A stretch of DNA of 64,000 nt from an uncultured delta proteobacterium. Its GTDB lineage: Bacteria; Myxococcota_A; UBA9160; SZUA-336. The stretch lies in the NCBI GenBank assembly GCA_963704165.1, contig CAVPHD010000009.1, positions 192,001-256,000 on the forward strand. Direction: 5' to 3'. Under the pieces are notes generated by a model that saw only the letters and a list, made by a program, of their open reading frames with translations, did not search any database and was not told where the DNA came from. Positions 41,433 through 53,850 of this stretch are shown piece by piece (position 1 is the first letter of the stretch; each line of letters begins with the position of its first letter). The position numbers and the translations under genes were made by a program.

Positions 41433-41974
41433 GATTCCTCCCTCCGGAGAATCGCGAAGACGCGCGCATCGAGCTCCTCCGCTCCGCTCTTTCCGCGGCT
41501 GCGAAGGAGGTGGTTGCGCGCGCCCACCTCGACGAGCGACGCGATGTTCCGACCCGGCGCGACCGGCAGATTCAGAACTTCGACGGGAAAACCCGCGAGG
41601 TCCTCGGTGCGGCGTTCGAGCCCGATCCGCTCGACCTCGCCGGAGCCCCAGGATTCGAGCCGTACGACCAGTTCGATTCGCGCGCGCTCGGCCACCGACT
41701 CGGGACCGAACAAGCTCGGAACGTGCACGATGCCGATGCCTCGCAGCTCGAGGTAGTGACGCACGAGCTCCGGACTGAAGCCCACCGGTCCGCCGTCGTC
41801 GTCGGGGCCGATCAAGACGACGTCGTCCGCCACCAATCGGTGTCCTCTCATCACGAGCTCGAGCGCGCACTCGCTCTTGCCGATTCCGCTGCCACCGAGC
41901 AGGAGCACGCCGACCCCACCGACCTCGACCAGGCTTCCGTGTACACGAGCCGGCGCGGGCGGAGCCATCGTCAT
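41429..41974 (-). CDS. hprK: HPr kinase/phosphorylase, catalytic domain only
   Basis: VHG, G.SGIGKSECALEL..RGHRLVADD, LELRGIGI, PGRN; starts right after the ptsN stop. Confidence 0.9.
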   Translation of the reverse strand: MTMAPPAPARVHGSLVEVGGVGVLLLGGSGIGKSECALELVMRGHRLVADDVVLIGPDDDGGPVGFSPELVRHYLELRGIGIVHVPSLFGPESVAERARIELVVRLESWGSGEVERIGLERRTEDLAGFPVEVLNLPVAPGRNIASLVEVGARNHLLRSRGKSGAEELDARVFAILRREES

Positions 41975-41975
41975 G

Positions 41976-42437
41976 CTAGTGCTTCGACTCTTCCTCCTCG
42001 ATCGCGCGGAAGAGCTCGTCGGTCGATGCAACCTCGCGCAGTCGCGCACGGAAGCCGTCGATGCCGAGCAGGCGCGAGAGGCGGGCGAGCAAGAGCAGAT
42101 GGGAGCTGCCCTCGCGACCGGGCGCGACGAGCAGGAAGAAAAGATGCGTCGGCCGGCCGTCGAGCGAATCGAAATCGACCCCGCCGCGCGAGAGCCCGAA
42201 GACCGCGAGCACACGATCGAGCGACTCGATCCTCGCGTGCGGAATCGCGATGCCATCCCCCATCGCGGTCGTGCCGAGCTTCTCGCGCTCGACGAGCAAC
42301 GCGTACAGCTCGTTTCGGTCCAGCCCGTCGACCTCGCCGACGAGCGACTCGGCGAGCTCCCGCAGGACTTCGGGCTTGGTCCGGCCGCGGACGTCCACGA
42401 GGCAGGCGTCGCGGACGAGAATGTCGGTGAGCTTCAT
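41976..42437 (-). CDS. ptsN: PTS EIIA-Ntr
   Basis: EREKLGTTAMGDGIAIPHAR, DFDSLDG, HL..LA.LSR. Confidence 0.93.
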   Translation of the reverse strand: MKLTDILVRDACLVDVRGRTKPEVLRELAESLVGEVDGLDRNELYALLVEREKLGTTAMGDGIAIPHARIESLDRVLAVFGLSRGGVDFDSLDGRPTHLFFLLVAPGREGSSHLLLLARLSRLLGIDGFRARLREVASTDELFRAIEEEESKH

Positions 42438-42465
42438 GACTGGATCCTGACTCGGGGCGGAGAAC

Positions 42466-43926
42466 TTAGCCGATTTGGCGCCGTCTCGTGGATGACAGGA
42501 TGCGCAGCGCTTCGCGGTACTTGGTGACCGTGCGCCGCGCGATCTGGATGCTCGAGTCGGAGAGCATCTCTGCGATCTTCTGATCCGAGAGCGGATTCCT
42601 CGTGTCTTCGTTCTTGATGATCTGCATGATCTTCTCCTTCACCGACTCCGAGGCGATGCCCTCGCCGTCGCCGGTGCGGATGCTCGAGTTGAAGAAGAAC
42701 TTCAGCTCGAACAGCCCGTGCGGCGTCTGCACGTACTTCGCGGTGGTGACGCGCGAGACGGTCGATTCGTGCATCCCGATGTCGTCCGCGACGTCGCGCA
42801 GATTCAGCGGACGCAGGTGCTCCGGCCCCTTGTCGAAGAACTGCCGCTGGAAGCGGATGATCGACTCCATCACCTTCACGATCGTGCGCTGGCGCTGATG
42901 GATCGATTTGATCAGCCAGATCGCCGAGCGCAGCTTCTCGCGCACGTATTCGCGCGTCTCCTTGCCATCGCCGTCCTTGCGCGAGAGCACGTCGCGGTAC
43001 GCCGCCGAGACGCGCAGCTTGGGCATGCCGTCTTCGTTCAGGACGACGTGATACTCGTCGCCGAGCTTGTGTACGTAGATGTCGGGCGTGATGTACACGG
43101 GCTCGTCCCCGGCGTACTGACGTCCCGGGCGGGGCTCGAAGCTGGCGATCAGCTTGGCCGCCTCGGCGACCTGCTCGATCGGCACCTCCTCGAGCCTCGC
43201 GATGCCGCGGAAATCGTGCTTCTGCAGGCCGTCGATGTGCTCGGAGACCATCCGCAGCGCGAGTCCGTCGGTGATTCCGGCGACGCGCATCTGGATCTGC
43301 AGGCACTCCTTCAGGCTCCGCGCCGCGACGCCGATCGGGTCGAGCTCCTGCACGCGCACGAGCACGGCTTCCACCGCGGCGACCTCGCAGTCGACCTCGG
43401 CCGCGATCGCGTCGAGGTCTTCCTGCAGATAGCCATCCTCGTTCAGATTCCAGACGATCTGCATGGCGATCTCGCGCTCGAGATCGCTCATCTCGACAAA
43501 ACCGAGCTGCCAGATCAGATGATCGGTGAGCGACGTCGCAGGCGTCAGGTTCGCGTCGAGCGCGGGTCTGTCGTCGTCGCCGCGCGACAAGCTCGTCTGC
43601 GGCCGGGACTCCATGTAGTTCTCCCAGTCCAGATCTCCGACGATGTCGTCGGTGCTGGGAGCGGCGGGCTCGGTCTCCGGGGGCGTGTCGGGCTTCGCGG
43701 TGTCGGAAAGCGCGAGCTGGGACTCGTTCTCGTCCTCTCCCACCTCGTGGACAGGAGTTTCCTCGTCGAGAGACTCCTCGAGTACGGGGTTCTCGACCAG
43801 CTCCTGCTGAATCGTGTTGACGAGCTCGAGCCGAGAGAGCTGCAGCAGCTTGATCGCCTGCTGCAGCTGGGGAGTCATCACCAGCGACTGGGAGAGGCGG
43901 ATCGACTGCTTGAGCTCCAGAGCCAT
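42466..43926 (-). CDS. rpoN: RNA polymerase sigma-54 factor
   Basis: [21 protein letters not shown], RpoN box [10 protein letters not shown]. Confidence 0.97.
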   Translation of the reverse strand: MALELKQSIRLSQSLVMTPQLQQAIKLLQLSRLELVNTIQQELVENPVLEESLDEETPVHEVGEDENESQLALSDTAKPDTPPETEPAAPSTDDIVGDLDWENYMESRPQTSLSRGDDDRPALDANLTPATSLTDHLIWQLGFVEMSDLEREIAMQIVWNLNEDGYLQEDLDAIAAEVDCEVAAVEAVLVRVQELDPIGVAARSLKECLQIQMRVAGITDGLALRMVSEHIDGLQKHDFRGIARLEEVPIEQVAEAAKLIASFEPRPGRQYAGDEPVYITPDIYVHKLGDEYHVVLNEDGMPKLRVSAAYRDVLSRKDGDGKETREYVREKLRSAIWLIKSIHQRQRTIVKVMESIIRFQRQFFDKGPEHLRPLNLRDVADDIGMHESTVSRVTTAKYVQTPHGLFELKFFFNSSIRTGDGEGIASESVKEKIMQIIKNEDTRNPLSDQKIAEMLSDSSIQIARRTVTKYREALRILSSTRRRQIG

Positions 43927-43928
43927 GT

Positions 43929-44655
43929 CTACAACCTGAAGTTCTGGCCGAGATAGATCTCGCGAACCGTCGGATCTTGCGGTGATGTCGCCAGGTGCGC
44001 CCTCGCGGATGATCCGCCCGTCCTTGATGATGTAGGCTCGATCGCAGATCGAGAGCGCCTCGCGGACGTTGTGGTCCGTGATCACGATTCCGATCCCGCG
44101 CTCGCGCAGCTGCGCGATGATCTTCTGGATGTCGATCACGGCGATCGGGTCGATCCCCGAGAACGGCTCGTCGAGCAGCATGAAGCGCGGATCGAGCACG
44201 AGCGCGCGCGTGATCTCGACGCGGCGCCGCTCGCCCCCGGAGAGCGTGCCGCCCTTCTGCTTGCGCTTGGCCACGAGGTCGAGCTCCGCGAGCAGGTCGT
44301 GCGCGCGCTTCTTGCGCTCGCGACGGGGGAGGTCGAGCGTTTCGAGGATCGCCAGGACGTTCTCCTCCACGGTCAGCTTGCGGAAGATCGAGGGCTCCTG
44401 CGGCAGGTAGGTGATTCCCTTCCGCGCCCGCATGTACATCGGCAGATCGGTGATTTCCTCCTCACCGAGAAAGACCCGTCCCGAGGTCGGGCGAACGCGC
44501 CCGACCATCATGTTGAACGTCGTGGTCTTGCCGGCTCCGTTCGGACCGAGCAGCCCGACCACCTCACCCGGACCGACGGCGATGCGGACGTCCCGCACCG
44601 CCTCGCGTGTGCCGAATTTCTTGCACAGGTCACGGGCGTGCAGCGTGCGACTCAT
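43929..44655 (-). CDS. lptB: LPS export ABC transporter ATP-binding protein (frameshift near 43978)
   Basis: [28 protein letters not shown]; removing one A gives the canonical end [12 protein letters not shown]. Confidence 0.93.
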
Positions 44656-45222
44656 CCGCCGCCTGCGCCGGGCTCGGCCGCCTTTCGGCTCCATCGGCTT
44701 CGCCCCGGGGCGCTCGTGCACGCGAATCACCACGTCGCCGAGCGCACGCACGGTTCCCTTGCAGAGGTCGAAATAGATCGCGTTCGCCTCGACATCGTCG
44801 AGGCCGCGCCGCAGCGAGGCGCGAGTGCCCTCGCTCTTGCACTCCGCCGTGCAGGCCACGTTGTCCACCGAGGCTTCGGTGCAGCGCGCCTCGTTCGTGC
44901 CCTGCTTCATCACGACCGAGCCGCGCGCGGTGATCCGGTCGGGCCGCCCCGACGCGTCCTCGGGATAGACGGCCTCGAGCCAGTCGCACTCGAGGCTCAT
45001 GTCGCCCTGCGTGGCGCGCACGCGCTTGCTGAACACCACGCTCTCCTGGCCCGACTCGGTCTTCCGGCCCTCGGCCTCGTCCGACGTGATCACGAGCTCG
45101 GCGTTCGGCGTGAAGCGCAGGCCGAGACGATCGACCGCCTCGCCGGCCGAACTCGGCTCTTGCGCGATGGCCGCGACGGCGAGCGCGAGGATCGCGACGA
45201 AGGTCACCGCTGCACGCATCAT
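44652..45222 (-). CDS. lptA: LptA/OstA family LPS transport periplasmic protein (frameshift near 44683)
   Basis: Signal peptide, beta-jellyroll pattern (V.ATQG...L.CD.L, I.A.GSV..Q); between lptC and lptB. Confidence 0.75.
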
Positions 45223-45789
45223 CGATTCTCGACCTCGGCGCGCACGTCGCCGATCAGGCGAAGGCGGCGCTCGTCGAGTCCGAGCTTCATGCCATTCGCG
45301 CGAACCCGAAGGTCGGCACGTCGCAGCTCCACCGGCGTCGAGCTGACGAGCTCGCGGCTCGATGCGAGGTAGCGAATCGAGTCGGTGGTGAAACGCTCGC
45401 CACGCTGCGCGGTACCGACGACGCCGCCGGACAAGACGAAATCGTCCGCGTCGAGCTGCGAGTGCGCCGGCCGGGGCGGAGACCTCGATCCGGCCACGCG
45501 TGTCCTCGGAGAACGAGAGCTGGACCCGCTCGAGATCGGCGACTCTGGCGGTGAGATCGATCTTCGCCCGCTCCGCGGTGACCTCGAGCTCGCGGAGCTC
45601 GCCGTGATAGCCCTCGAAGATCACACCTTCGAGCTCCGCCGGCGGCAGCCGCAGCTCACCGGGTGGAGGCGCGTCGAAACCCTCGAGCCCCGTGCCGCAC
45701 CCGACGGAGAGGAGAAGAACGAGTGCCGCGGCGATCGCTCCGCCGCGAGATCGCCCTTCGGGTACCGCTGGCTCGGATTCATCCTGCAC
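45219..45789 (-). CDS. lptC: LPS export protein LptC (frameshift near 45465)
   Basis: TM anchor, [25 protein letters not shown]; position upstream of lptA-lptB. Confidence 0.75.
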
Positions 45790-45833
45790 AAGCAAAAAGC
45801 ATACCGCGCGAATCCGGTGCGCGCCGCCCCGCG

Positions 45834-46094
45834 TCAGTCCGCTTCGGGCGCGGAGGTCTCATCGCCCAGATGCGTCTGTACACCGAACAGTGTGCGCAGG
45901 GGCTCGTGCTGGCCCAGCCACCAGGCCGGGTGGAAGATCAGCGTGTCGAGGATGACCCCGAACGGGTGAGCCGCGTAGGCGGCAATGCGCAGCGGATGGC
46001 CCGCGCGCCGCGAATCGTACCGCGTCGGTCCGGCCTGGGCCGTCAACGCGAGGCAGACCAACGACATCGCGATCACGATCGCTCGAGCGGACAT
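45834..46094 (-). CDS. Small exported hypothetical protein
   Basis: AAGGAG SD, signal peptide, [28 protein letters not shown]. Confidence 0.7.
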   Translation of the reverse strand: MSARAIVIAMSLVCLALTAQAGPTRYDSRRAGHPLRIAAYAAHPFGVILDTLIFHPAWWLGQHEPLRTLFGVQTHLGDETSAPEAD

Positions 46095-46333
46095 CTACGA
46101 ACTCCTTCGCCTTGCAGGCTCCAATCGGCACGGACGGGCCGGAGCTTGGAGCCGCACTGCGGGGAGGATCTTCCCGATTCGGCCGATCGTCAACCACCCC
46201 GGGCACTTCGATCCCGCACCCGCACACGCCCGCGTGCGCCACCGGGCGGGCGGCCAGCGTCCGCAAACCCAAGCCCGAGCCGGGGGGGACCGCACAGCCG
46301 CACGGCGTCGGCGGAGCACCTCGCCGCGCTCGC

Positions 46334-46825
46334 TCATCGGCTCTCGTAGCGGATTTCGAGCAGGGTGAAGCGCGCCCGTCCGGCCGGGCGATCGACCACG
46401 ATCTCGTCCCCCTCGGACTTCCCGAGCAGGGTGCGTCCGATCGGGGACTCGATGCTGATCAGGCCGCGGTCCACGTCGGTCTCGTCGGGACCGACGAGTC
46501 GATAACACAGCTCGGTGCCGGACTCGTCCTCGAGCGTGACCCACGCTCCGAAGTAGACCCGGTCGCGTGCGACCTGGCCCGGCTGCACGACCTCGAGCTG
46601 GTCGAAGCGCTTGCGCAGAAACTCGATCCGTCGGTCGATTTCGCGCAGACGCTTCTTGCCGTAGATGTACTCCGCGTTCTCCGAGCGATCCCCGAGCGCC
46701 GCGGCCGCGGTGACCTCGCGCGTCACGCGCGGCCGCTCCACGCGCCAGAGCTGCTCGAGCTCCGCCTGGAGCTTCTTCGCGCCCTCGGGCGTGATGTGGA
46801 TTCGTCGTCCCGGCACCTGCGCCAC
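46334..46825 (-). CDS. greB: Transcription elongation factor GreB
   Basis: ITPEG..L..EL..LWRVERP, GDRSENAEYIYGK.RLREIDRR, IS.ESP. Confidence 0.95.
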   Translation of the reverse strand: MAQVPGRRIHITPEGAKKLQAELEQLWRVERPRVTREVTAAAALGDRSENAEYIYGKKRLREIDRRIEFLRKRFDQLEVVQPGQVARDRVYFGAWVTLEDESGTELCYRLVGPDETDVDRGLISIESPIGRTLLGKSEGDEIVVDRPAGRARFTLLEIRYESR

Positions 46826-46868
46826 TTCGGCCGGATAGCGCGCGAATCCGGGGCTCGCTAGGGCACCG

Positions 46869-48053
46869 CTACGCGACCACACCGGCTTCGCGGAGCTGCG
46901 CGATCCCGTCCGCATCGACGCCGAGCTCGCGCAGGATCTCGTCGGTGTGCTCGCCGAGTGCGGGTGCGGGACGCGCGATCGCGGCCGGCGTGCGCTCGAA
47001 CCGAAGCGGCGGGCGCGGCTCGCGCATCCGACCCATGCGCGGGTGCTCGCTCGTGACGAACGTTCCGTTCGCGCGCACTTGCGGGTCGTCGGGCACGCGA
47101 TCGACGGAGAGAACCGGACCCGAAGGCACATCCTCGGCATCGAGCGCGGCCAGCACCTCGGCGATCGTCTTCTGCGTCGGCTCCGTACCGAGCTCGGCGA
47201 GCAATGCGTCGACGTTCTGCATCCGCGAGAGCGCGGTCGCAAAGCGGGGATCGGTCACCAGATCGGGGCGACCGAGAGCACGGAACAGCCCGTGCGTCTG
47301 CGCGTCGGTGATTGCCGCCACCGCGAAGTGTCCGTCCGCCGCATCGGAGACGCGGTACGTCGCGCCCAGGGTCGGAAGCCGCGAAACTCCGGGATCGAGC
47401 AGGGTCTCGTTCGCGCCGCCGTCGGGCCAGATCACCGAGATCGCCGCATCGAGCATGTTCGTGCGCAGGTGCTGTGCGCCCATTCCGCGCTCACGCGCGA
47501 GCAACGCCGCGGTGATTCCCTGCGCGACGACGAGTGCCGTCACCTTGTCGCAGATCGCGTTCCGGACGTGTTCGGGCCGTCCGGTTTCCGGATTCGCCTG
47601 CACGGCCGCGAAGCCGGTGATGCCCTGCAGAATGTGGTCGTAGGCGGGCTTGTGCGCGTACGGTCCGCTCGCGCCGAAGGCGCTGATCGAGACGTAGATC
47701 AGGTCCGGTCGCAGCTTGCGCAGCGTCGGCTCGTCGATCCCGAGCCGCTCGACGACACCGGGCCGGAAGTTCTGGATGAAGACGTCCGCCTCGGCGATCA
47801 GCCCGAACAGGAGCTCCTTCGCGCGCGCCTCGCGCAAGTTCAACACGATCGAGCGCTTGCTGCGGTTCGTCAGCGCGAAGAGCGCCGAGATCCCGCCCTT
47901 GCCCGTGCCGAGCCAGCGCATCACGTCGCCGAGTCCCGGCGGCTCGACCTTGATCACGTCGGCCCCCTGATCACCGAGAATCATGGTCGCGAACGGACCG
48001 GTGATCATCGCCGAGAGATCGACGATCCGGTAACCGTGCAGGGGTCCGGGCAT
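46869..48053 (-). CDS. CaiB/BaiF family CoA transferase
   Basis: GPFATMILGDQGADVIKVEPP.GD, NRSKRS, NFRPG, PAYD, LGEHT. Confidence 0.93.
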   Translation of the reverse strand: MPGPLHGYRIVDLSAMITGPFATMILGDQGADVIKVEPPGLGDVMRWLGTGKGGISALFALTNRSKRSIVLNLREARAKELLFGLIAEADVFIQNFRPGVVERLGIDEPTLRKLRPDLIYVSISAFGASGPYAHKPAYDHILQGITGFAAVQANPETGRPEHVRNAICDKVTALVVAQGITAALLARERGMGAQHLRTNMLDAAISVIWPDGGANETLLDPGVSRLPTLGATYRVSDAADGHFAVAAITDAQTHGLFRALGRPDLVTDPRFATALSRMQNVDALLAELGTEPTQKTIAEVLAALDAEDVPSGPVLSVDRVPDDPQVRANGTFVTSEHPRMGRMREPRPPLRFERTPAAIARPAPALGEHTDEILRELGVDADGIAQLREAGVVA

Positions 48054-48102
48054 GTCGCCGATCATACGCGACGCGCCTCCGCGTCTGTGTTCCAATCGCG
48101 AA

Positions 48103-48534
48103 ATGACGAAGCCTTGGCGCCTCTCGCCCCTGCTCGCGTTCGTGCTCCTGCTCGCCTCGAGTGACGCTCGCGCGCAAGCGCCGGACTGGAACGAGGTCGC
48201 GGTGAAGGACACGATCGAGATCCTGACGCACGACGCGGATGGCGATCTGCGCGAGACGACCGTCTGGATCGGCGTGGTCGATGGCATCGGCTACGTGCGC
48301 ACGAGCGACTCGCGCTGGCGCGAGAACATCGAGCGCGACTCGGAGCTCGTGCTGCGCGTCGGCGATCGCGAGTACCCGCTGCGCGGCGAGTTCGTCACCG
48401 ACGTCGCGCTGCGCGCGCGCGTGAACTCCATCTTCCGCGCGAAGTACGGTTTCACGGACCGGATGCTCGGCTGGTTCGGCAACGAGGGTGGGAAGTTCCA
48501 GATCGCGCTCCGGCCGCGGCCCGAGAACCCCTGA
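48103..48534 (+). CDS. Exported DUF2255-like (split-barrel flavin-binding) protein
   Basis: Signal peptide; DG..R.TTVW..VDG..YVR...W..N, F.AKY. Confidence 0.65.
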   Translation: MTKPWRLSPLLAFVLLLASSDARAQAPDWNEVAVKDTIEILTHDADGDLRETTVWIGVVDGIGYVRTSDSRWRENIERDSELVLRVGDREYPLRGEFVTDVALRARVNSIFRAKYGFTDRMLGWFGNEGGKFQIALRPRPENP

Positions 48535-48537
48535 GAC

Positions 48538-49822
48538 GTGTCCGAGCCCGGCACGATCGGCGAAGCCGCGCGGGAGCTTCCCGTGCTCACCCGCACGGAC
48601 GTGCTCGTCGTCGGCGGTGGCACCTCCGGCGTGGCGGCGGCCGTCGCGGCTGCGCGGAGCGGCGCGCGCGTCGTGCTCGCCGAAGCGTCGAGCTCGCTCG
48701 GAGGCCTCGCCACGAACGGGCTGATCGCGCTCCTGCTCACGCTCGATGACGGCCGCGGGAAGCAGGTGATCTCGGGGCTCTGTCAGGAACTCGTCGAGCG
48801 CATGACCAGACTCGGCGGCGCCTTCGCACCGCCGCCGGAGCACTGGGGGCGTCCCGACGCCGAGCTCGTCTCCCGCTACGCGCGACTCGGGCTCGTCTGG
48901 GGAGGCGCGCGTGCGGATCACGTGGTGCGCTACTCGGTGGCCTACGATCCGGAGATCATGCGCGAGGCGCTGAACGCGCTGGCGACCGAAGCGGGAGTCG
49001 AGGTCCTGTTTCACGTCTGGGGGGCGCGCGCGCTGCTCGCGGGACGCCGTCTCGAGGCGCTCGCGTTCGAGTCCCGCGCGGGACGGCAGGCGATCACCGC
49101 GGACGTCGTGATCGACGCGACCGGCGACGGCGCACGTGCTCGCCTCGGCCGGCTGCGCCTTCGAGCTCGAACGCGTGCACCCGTGGCTGTGGTTCCGGAT
49201 CGGCGGCGTGACCGACGTCGACGCGGCGATCGCGGCCGGAGCGCCGATCTTCCGGACCACGAATCCGGGCCAGGCCCTGCTTCCCTGGGGCAGCATGGCG
49301 CGCATCGACCGCAGGATCGACGCGACCGACCCGCGCGAGCTCAGCTACGCGGAGCTCGAGTGCCGGCGGCTGGTCATGGAGGAGTTCCGCTCGCTGCGCG
49401 CGAAGTTCGCCGAGCTCCGCGACGCACACCTGTGCGAGATCGCGCGACTGATCGGGATCACCGAGAGCCGCAGGCTCGTCGGCCGCCGGATGCTGCGCCG
49501 CGAGGATCGCCAGAAGCCGCAGGCCGACGCGATCGCGATCACCGGCCACTGGACGAAGTACGGCGCGGTCTACGCGATCCCCTACGGCTGCCTGGTGCCG
49601 AACGAGATCGACAATCTGCTCGTCACCGGACGGTGTATCTCGGTCGATCACCAGACGCACAACGCGACCAAGGAGATCCCGCCCGCGCTCGCGACCGGCG
49701 AAGCTTCGGGGGTCGCGGCGGCACTCGCGCTGGACCGCGGCGGGCGATCGTTCGAGGTCGAGATCGGCGCGCTCCAGGAGCGGCTGCGCCAGCGCGGAGC
49801 GATCGTCGACTACGCCTTCTGA
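48538..49822 (+). CDS. FAD-dependent oxidoreductase (frameshift near 49133)
   Basis: DVLVVGGGTSG, GGLATNG, IDATGDG(D), GITESRRL.G, IPY.CLVP..NLLV.GRCIS, GEA.G.AAAL. Confidence 0.88.
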
Positions 49823-50923
49823 GCGACCACGCTCGAGAGCACGACGCCACCGCCGGACCCGCCTTCGCCGTCGAGCGACTCGAGCAGTGGAAGCGCAGCG
49901 ACGAGCTTCTCGAGCGCGCGGCGCTGCGCGTCGCTGACGTTCCGGAAGGTCAGGCCGAGTCCGCGTGCCCCGTGGTCTGCAACGACCTCGGCTTCGAGCG
50001 TGAGCGGCGCGCCACCGTCCGCGCCGTACAGCCCGAGCGCGATCTTCATGCCCATGACGATGCCCCGGCTGACGCGCGATGCGGATCCCCGCGACCGAGA
50101 GATCGTGTCCGAGTACGACGCGCGGCGTGTTCGCGTCGGCGGCGGCGAGTGCCGCGACGCGGCGTCGATACGCTCGCCGCTCGAAGCGGCGTCGGTCGCG
50201 CCCCTGCGGAGGCACCAGCGCGGAGATCCGGGTCGCCGGATGTCCACCCGCGAGAATCGCTTCGAGCTCTCGCGCCGCTTCGGGCTCGATCGGATCGAGC
50301 GCGATGCCGACCGACCCGCCCCCTCGGCCCGTCGGACCTCGAGCCTTCGCGATGCGCACGACGTGGCCCGCGAGGCTCTCGAGCGCGCCGCCGCGCAGCT
50401 CGAGCGGAAGCTCGAACTCGAGCCGGTCGCCGACCGCGAGCGAAACCTCCGTTCGAAGCCGCGCGCCGCTTCGCGACAGGTCGACCAGCTTCGCGAAGTG
50501 GACCTGCTTGCCGTGCCGGAAGGTCGATCTCGAAGCCGATCGGAAGTCGCGGGACTTTGCGCTGTGCCTGCTGGCCGTGGAGCAGCATTTCGATCAGGAG
50601 TCCCAGCGACTCCTGATCCACGGCGCTGTGCACCAGGTAGTGAACCCCGAGCGCGCGCAGCCGCGCGCGCAACTCGCCGAAATCCTGACCGTGAATGCAG
50701 AGCCAGAGCGGGCCCGCTGACTCACCCGGCGGGCGCGACGAACTCGGGCATCGCCAGCGCGCGCCGTCCGCTCGTCACCAGGAGATCCCGGGCCTGCGGC
50801 ACGTCGCGCGCGCCCTCCGGCCCGCCGGCAGAGCGCGAAATCGCAGCCGAGGCGCTCCAGGATCACGCGCACGCGATCCAGCTCGCCGTCATCGAGCAGT
50901 ACGACCGAGGGAAGGCCGGCCAC
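49810..50923 (-). CDS. Receiver-like N-terminus plus PilZ-like domain(s), several frameshifts
   Basis: VVLLDDGEL N-terminus; QRKVPRLP (RxxxR), ERR..RR and GHDLS..G.RI fragments, EAEVV...G.GL.F C-terminus across shifted frames. Confidence 0.6.
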
Positions 50924-50930
50924 GACCGGG

Positions 50931-50958
50931 GTTTCGGCCCGTCCGCGGCCTCACTTGA
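50931..50958 (-). promoter_or_regulatory. Putative sigma28/FliA-like promoter, leaderless to GTG 50923
   Basis: TCAAG-N15-GCCGAAAC, 7 nt before the start codon. Confidence 0.6.
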
Positions 50959-50971
50959 TGAGCCGGGTGCT

Positions 50972-51016
50972 GCGTCGCCGGGGCGGCCCGCTCGCTGCGG
51001 GGCACCCCGGCGACGC
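50972..51016 (-). terminator. GC-rich hairpin after the SCP2 gene (terminator or stabiliser, no U tract)
   Basis: Perfect 12-bp stem GCGTCGCCGGGG/CCCCGGCGACGC 7 nt past the stop codon. Confidence 0.55.
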
Positions 51017-51023
51017 GCAACTC

Positions 51024-51416
51024 TCAGGCCGAGGTCATCTCTTTGATCAGCTGCGAGACCTTCTGCGCCTCGGGGCTCGGCGGGCCCGCCATCTGCATCT
51101 GCATCAGCTTGGCCATGTCACCCTCGACCCGGATCTGGCCGGACATGAAGGCCGACATCACGGCCTGCTGATTCTGGTCGATCAGCATCGCGCGGGCGGT
51201 GTCGAAGGGAATCACGAGCTTGGTCGGGGCGTCGGCGGCGTGCCCCTTCACCAGCCGACCGGCTTCCATCCGGAAGGCGACATCGCCGCTCGGACCGCCG
51301 GTGACCTGCATGTTGATCTTCAGGTCCTTGATCGCCGCCGGAACCGGCGCGTTCACGTCGCTCTGGATCTTCTCGGTCTGGGTGAACCAGCCGTCGGAAA
51401 GAAATACCTCTGCCAT
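51024..51416 (-). CDS. SCP2 sterol-binding domain protein
   Basis: FLSDGW, VTGGP.G, AFMSGQIRVEGDMAKLM; AGGAG SD. Confidence 0.88.
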   Translation of the reverse strand: MAEVFLSDGWFTQTEKIQSDVNAPVPAAIKDLKINMQVTGGPSGDVAFRMEAGRLVKGHAADAPTKLVIPFDTARAMLIDQNQQAVMSAFMSGQIRVEGDMAKLMQMQMAGPPSPEAQKVSQLIKEMTSA

Positions 51417-51486
51417 TTGCGAATCTCCTGTGGGGGTCGACGCCCGCGGAATTATCGACTCGGCGGCTCGCTCAACGCAAATCCCG

Positions 51487-52719
<1,233 letters not shown>

Positions 52720-52731
52720 GACGTCCTCCCC

Positions 52732-53824
52732 CTACACCAGCGTGAGTGCTTCGAAGCAGGCGAAGCCGCGCGCGTTGCGCAGCAGCATCTCGGGCAGGTA
52801 CTCGCGGATGTAGCCGTGCCCGCCGAAGACCTGCACCGCGCCGTCGCTGACCTCGAGCGCGACGCGCCGGACCTGCTGGATCGCGAGCGTCGCCTCGCGC
52901 GTGGCGTCTTCGCCGCGATCGAGCCGCCAGGCCGCCTCCCAGACGAGCAGGCGCGCGCCGTCGATCTCGATCGCCATGTCGGCGAGCTTGAAGGCGATGG
53001 CCTGCTTGGTCGCGATCGGCGCGCCGAACGCATGACGCTCTTTTGCGTAGTCGCGCGCGAGCTCGAAGGCCGCACGCGCGACGCCGACTGCGAGTGCCGC
53101 GAGGCCCACGCGCCCGCGCGCGACCAGCGCACGCGGCGATCCGCCGTGTCTCGCCGCCGAGTCGTGCAGACGCGGGAACGTGCACGCCGTCGAGCGCGAG
53201 CTTCGGCGGTCGCGAGCGCCGCGGATGCCGAGGTACGACTCCGGCGTCGCGCGCAGTCCGGACGCGTCGTGCGGCAACGATGAAGCCCGAGAGCGACTCG
53301 CCCTCACTCGCGAGCACGAGCACGTGTCGGATCGTCTCGGGCCAGGGCACCAGGCACTTCACGCCGTCGAGCCGCCAACCGTCCTCGACCCGGCGCGCTC
53401 GCGTGCGCGGTCGGTACGGATCGGAGTCGAAGCGCGGCTCCTGCAACGCGAGCGTTCCGAGCGCGCCCGGGCTCGCGATCGACGCGGGCAGAAGCTCCGC
53501 GCGCTGCTCGTCGCTGCCGAGATCGGCCACGGCATACGCGAGCAGTCCCGGTGCCAGGATCGCGAGCGCGAGCGAGAGATCGCCGAAGGCCAGCTCTTCG
53601 GCAACCAGCGCTCCGGTGAGCGCGCTTCGCGCGTCGCCACCGCCGAAGGCCTCGGGGAGTCCATTCGCGACGAGTCCGAGCTCGTGCGCGCGCGAGAGCA
53701 CCTCGGCGGGGATCTTTCCCGACTCGTCGGCTTCGCGCGCACGCGGCCGGATCTCGCTGCGCGCGAACTCCGCCACGGTGTCGCGGATCAAGACCTGTTC
53801 CTCGGTCGGCTCGAAATCGATCAC
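52732..53824 (-). CDS. Acyl-CoA dehydrogenase, FadE24-like partner (frameshifts near 53200-53280)
   Basis: EELAFGD, ALQEP, LDGVK, R.AFG.PIA.KQAIAF.LADM, QVFGGHGY. Confidence 0.88.
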
Positions 53825-53850
53825 ACGCGCGAGTATGGCAGACTCGGGCG

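Noticed and set aside
42466..45795. 1109-aa ORF appearing to fuse LptC-LptA-LptB-RpoN
   Set aside because: Single-base insertions remove the natural stops; correcting them restores the canonical LptB end ([12 protein letters not shown]) and an ATGA overlap for lptA/lptB
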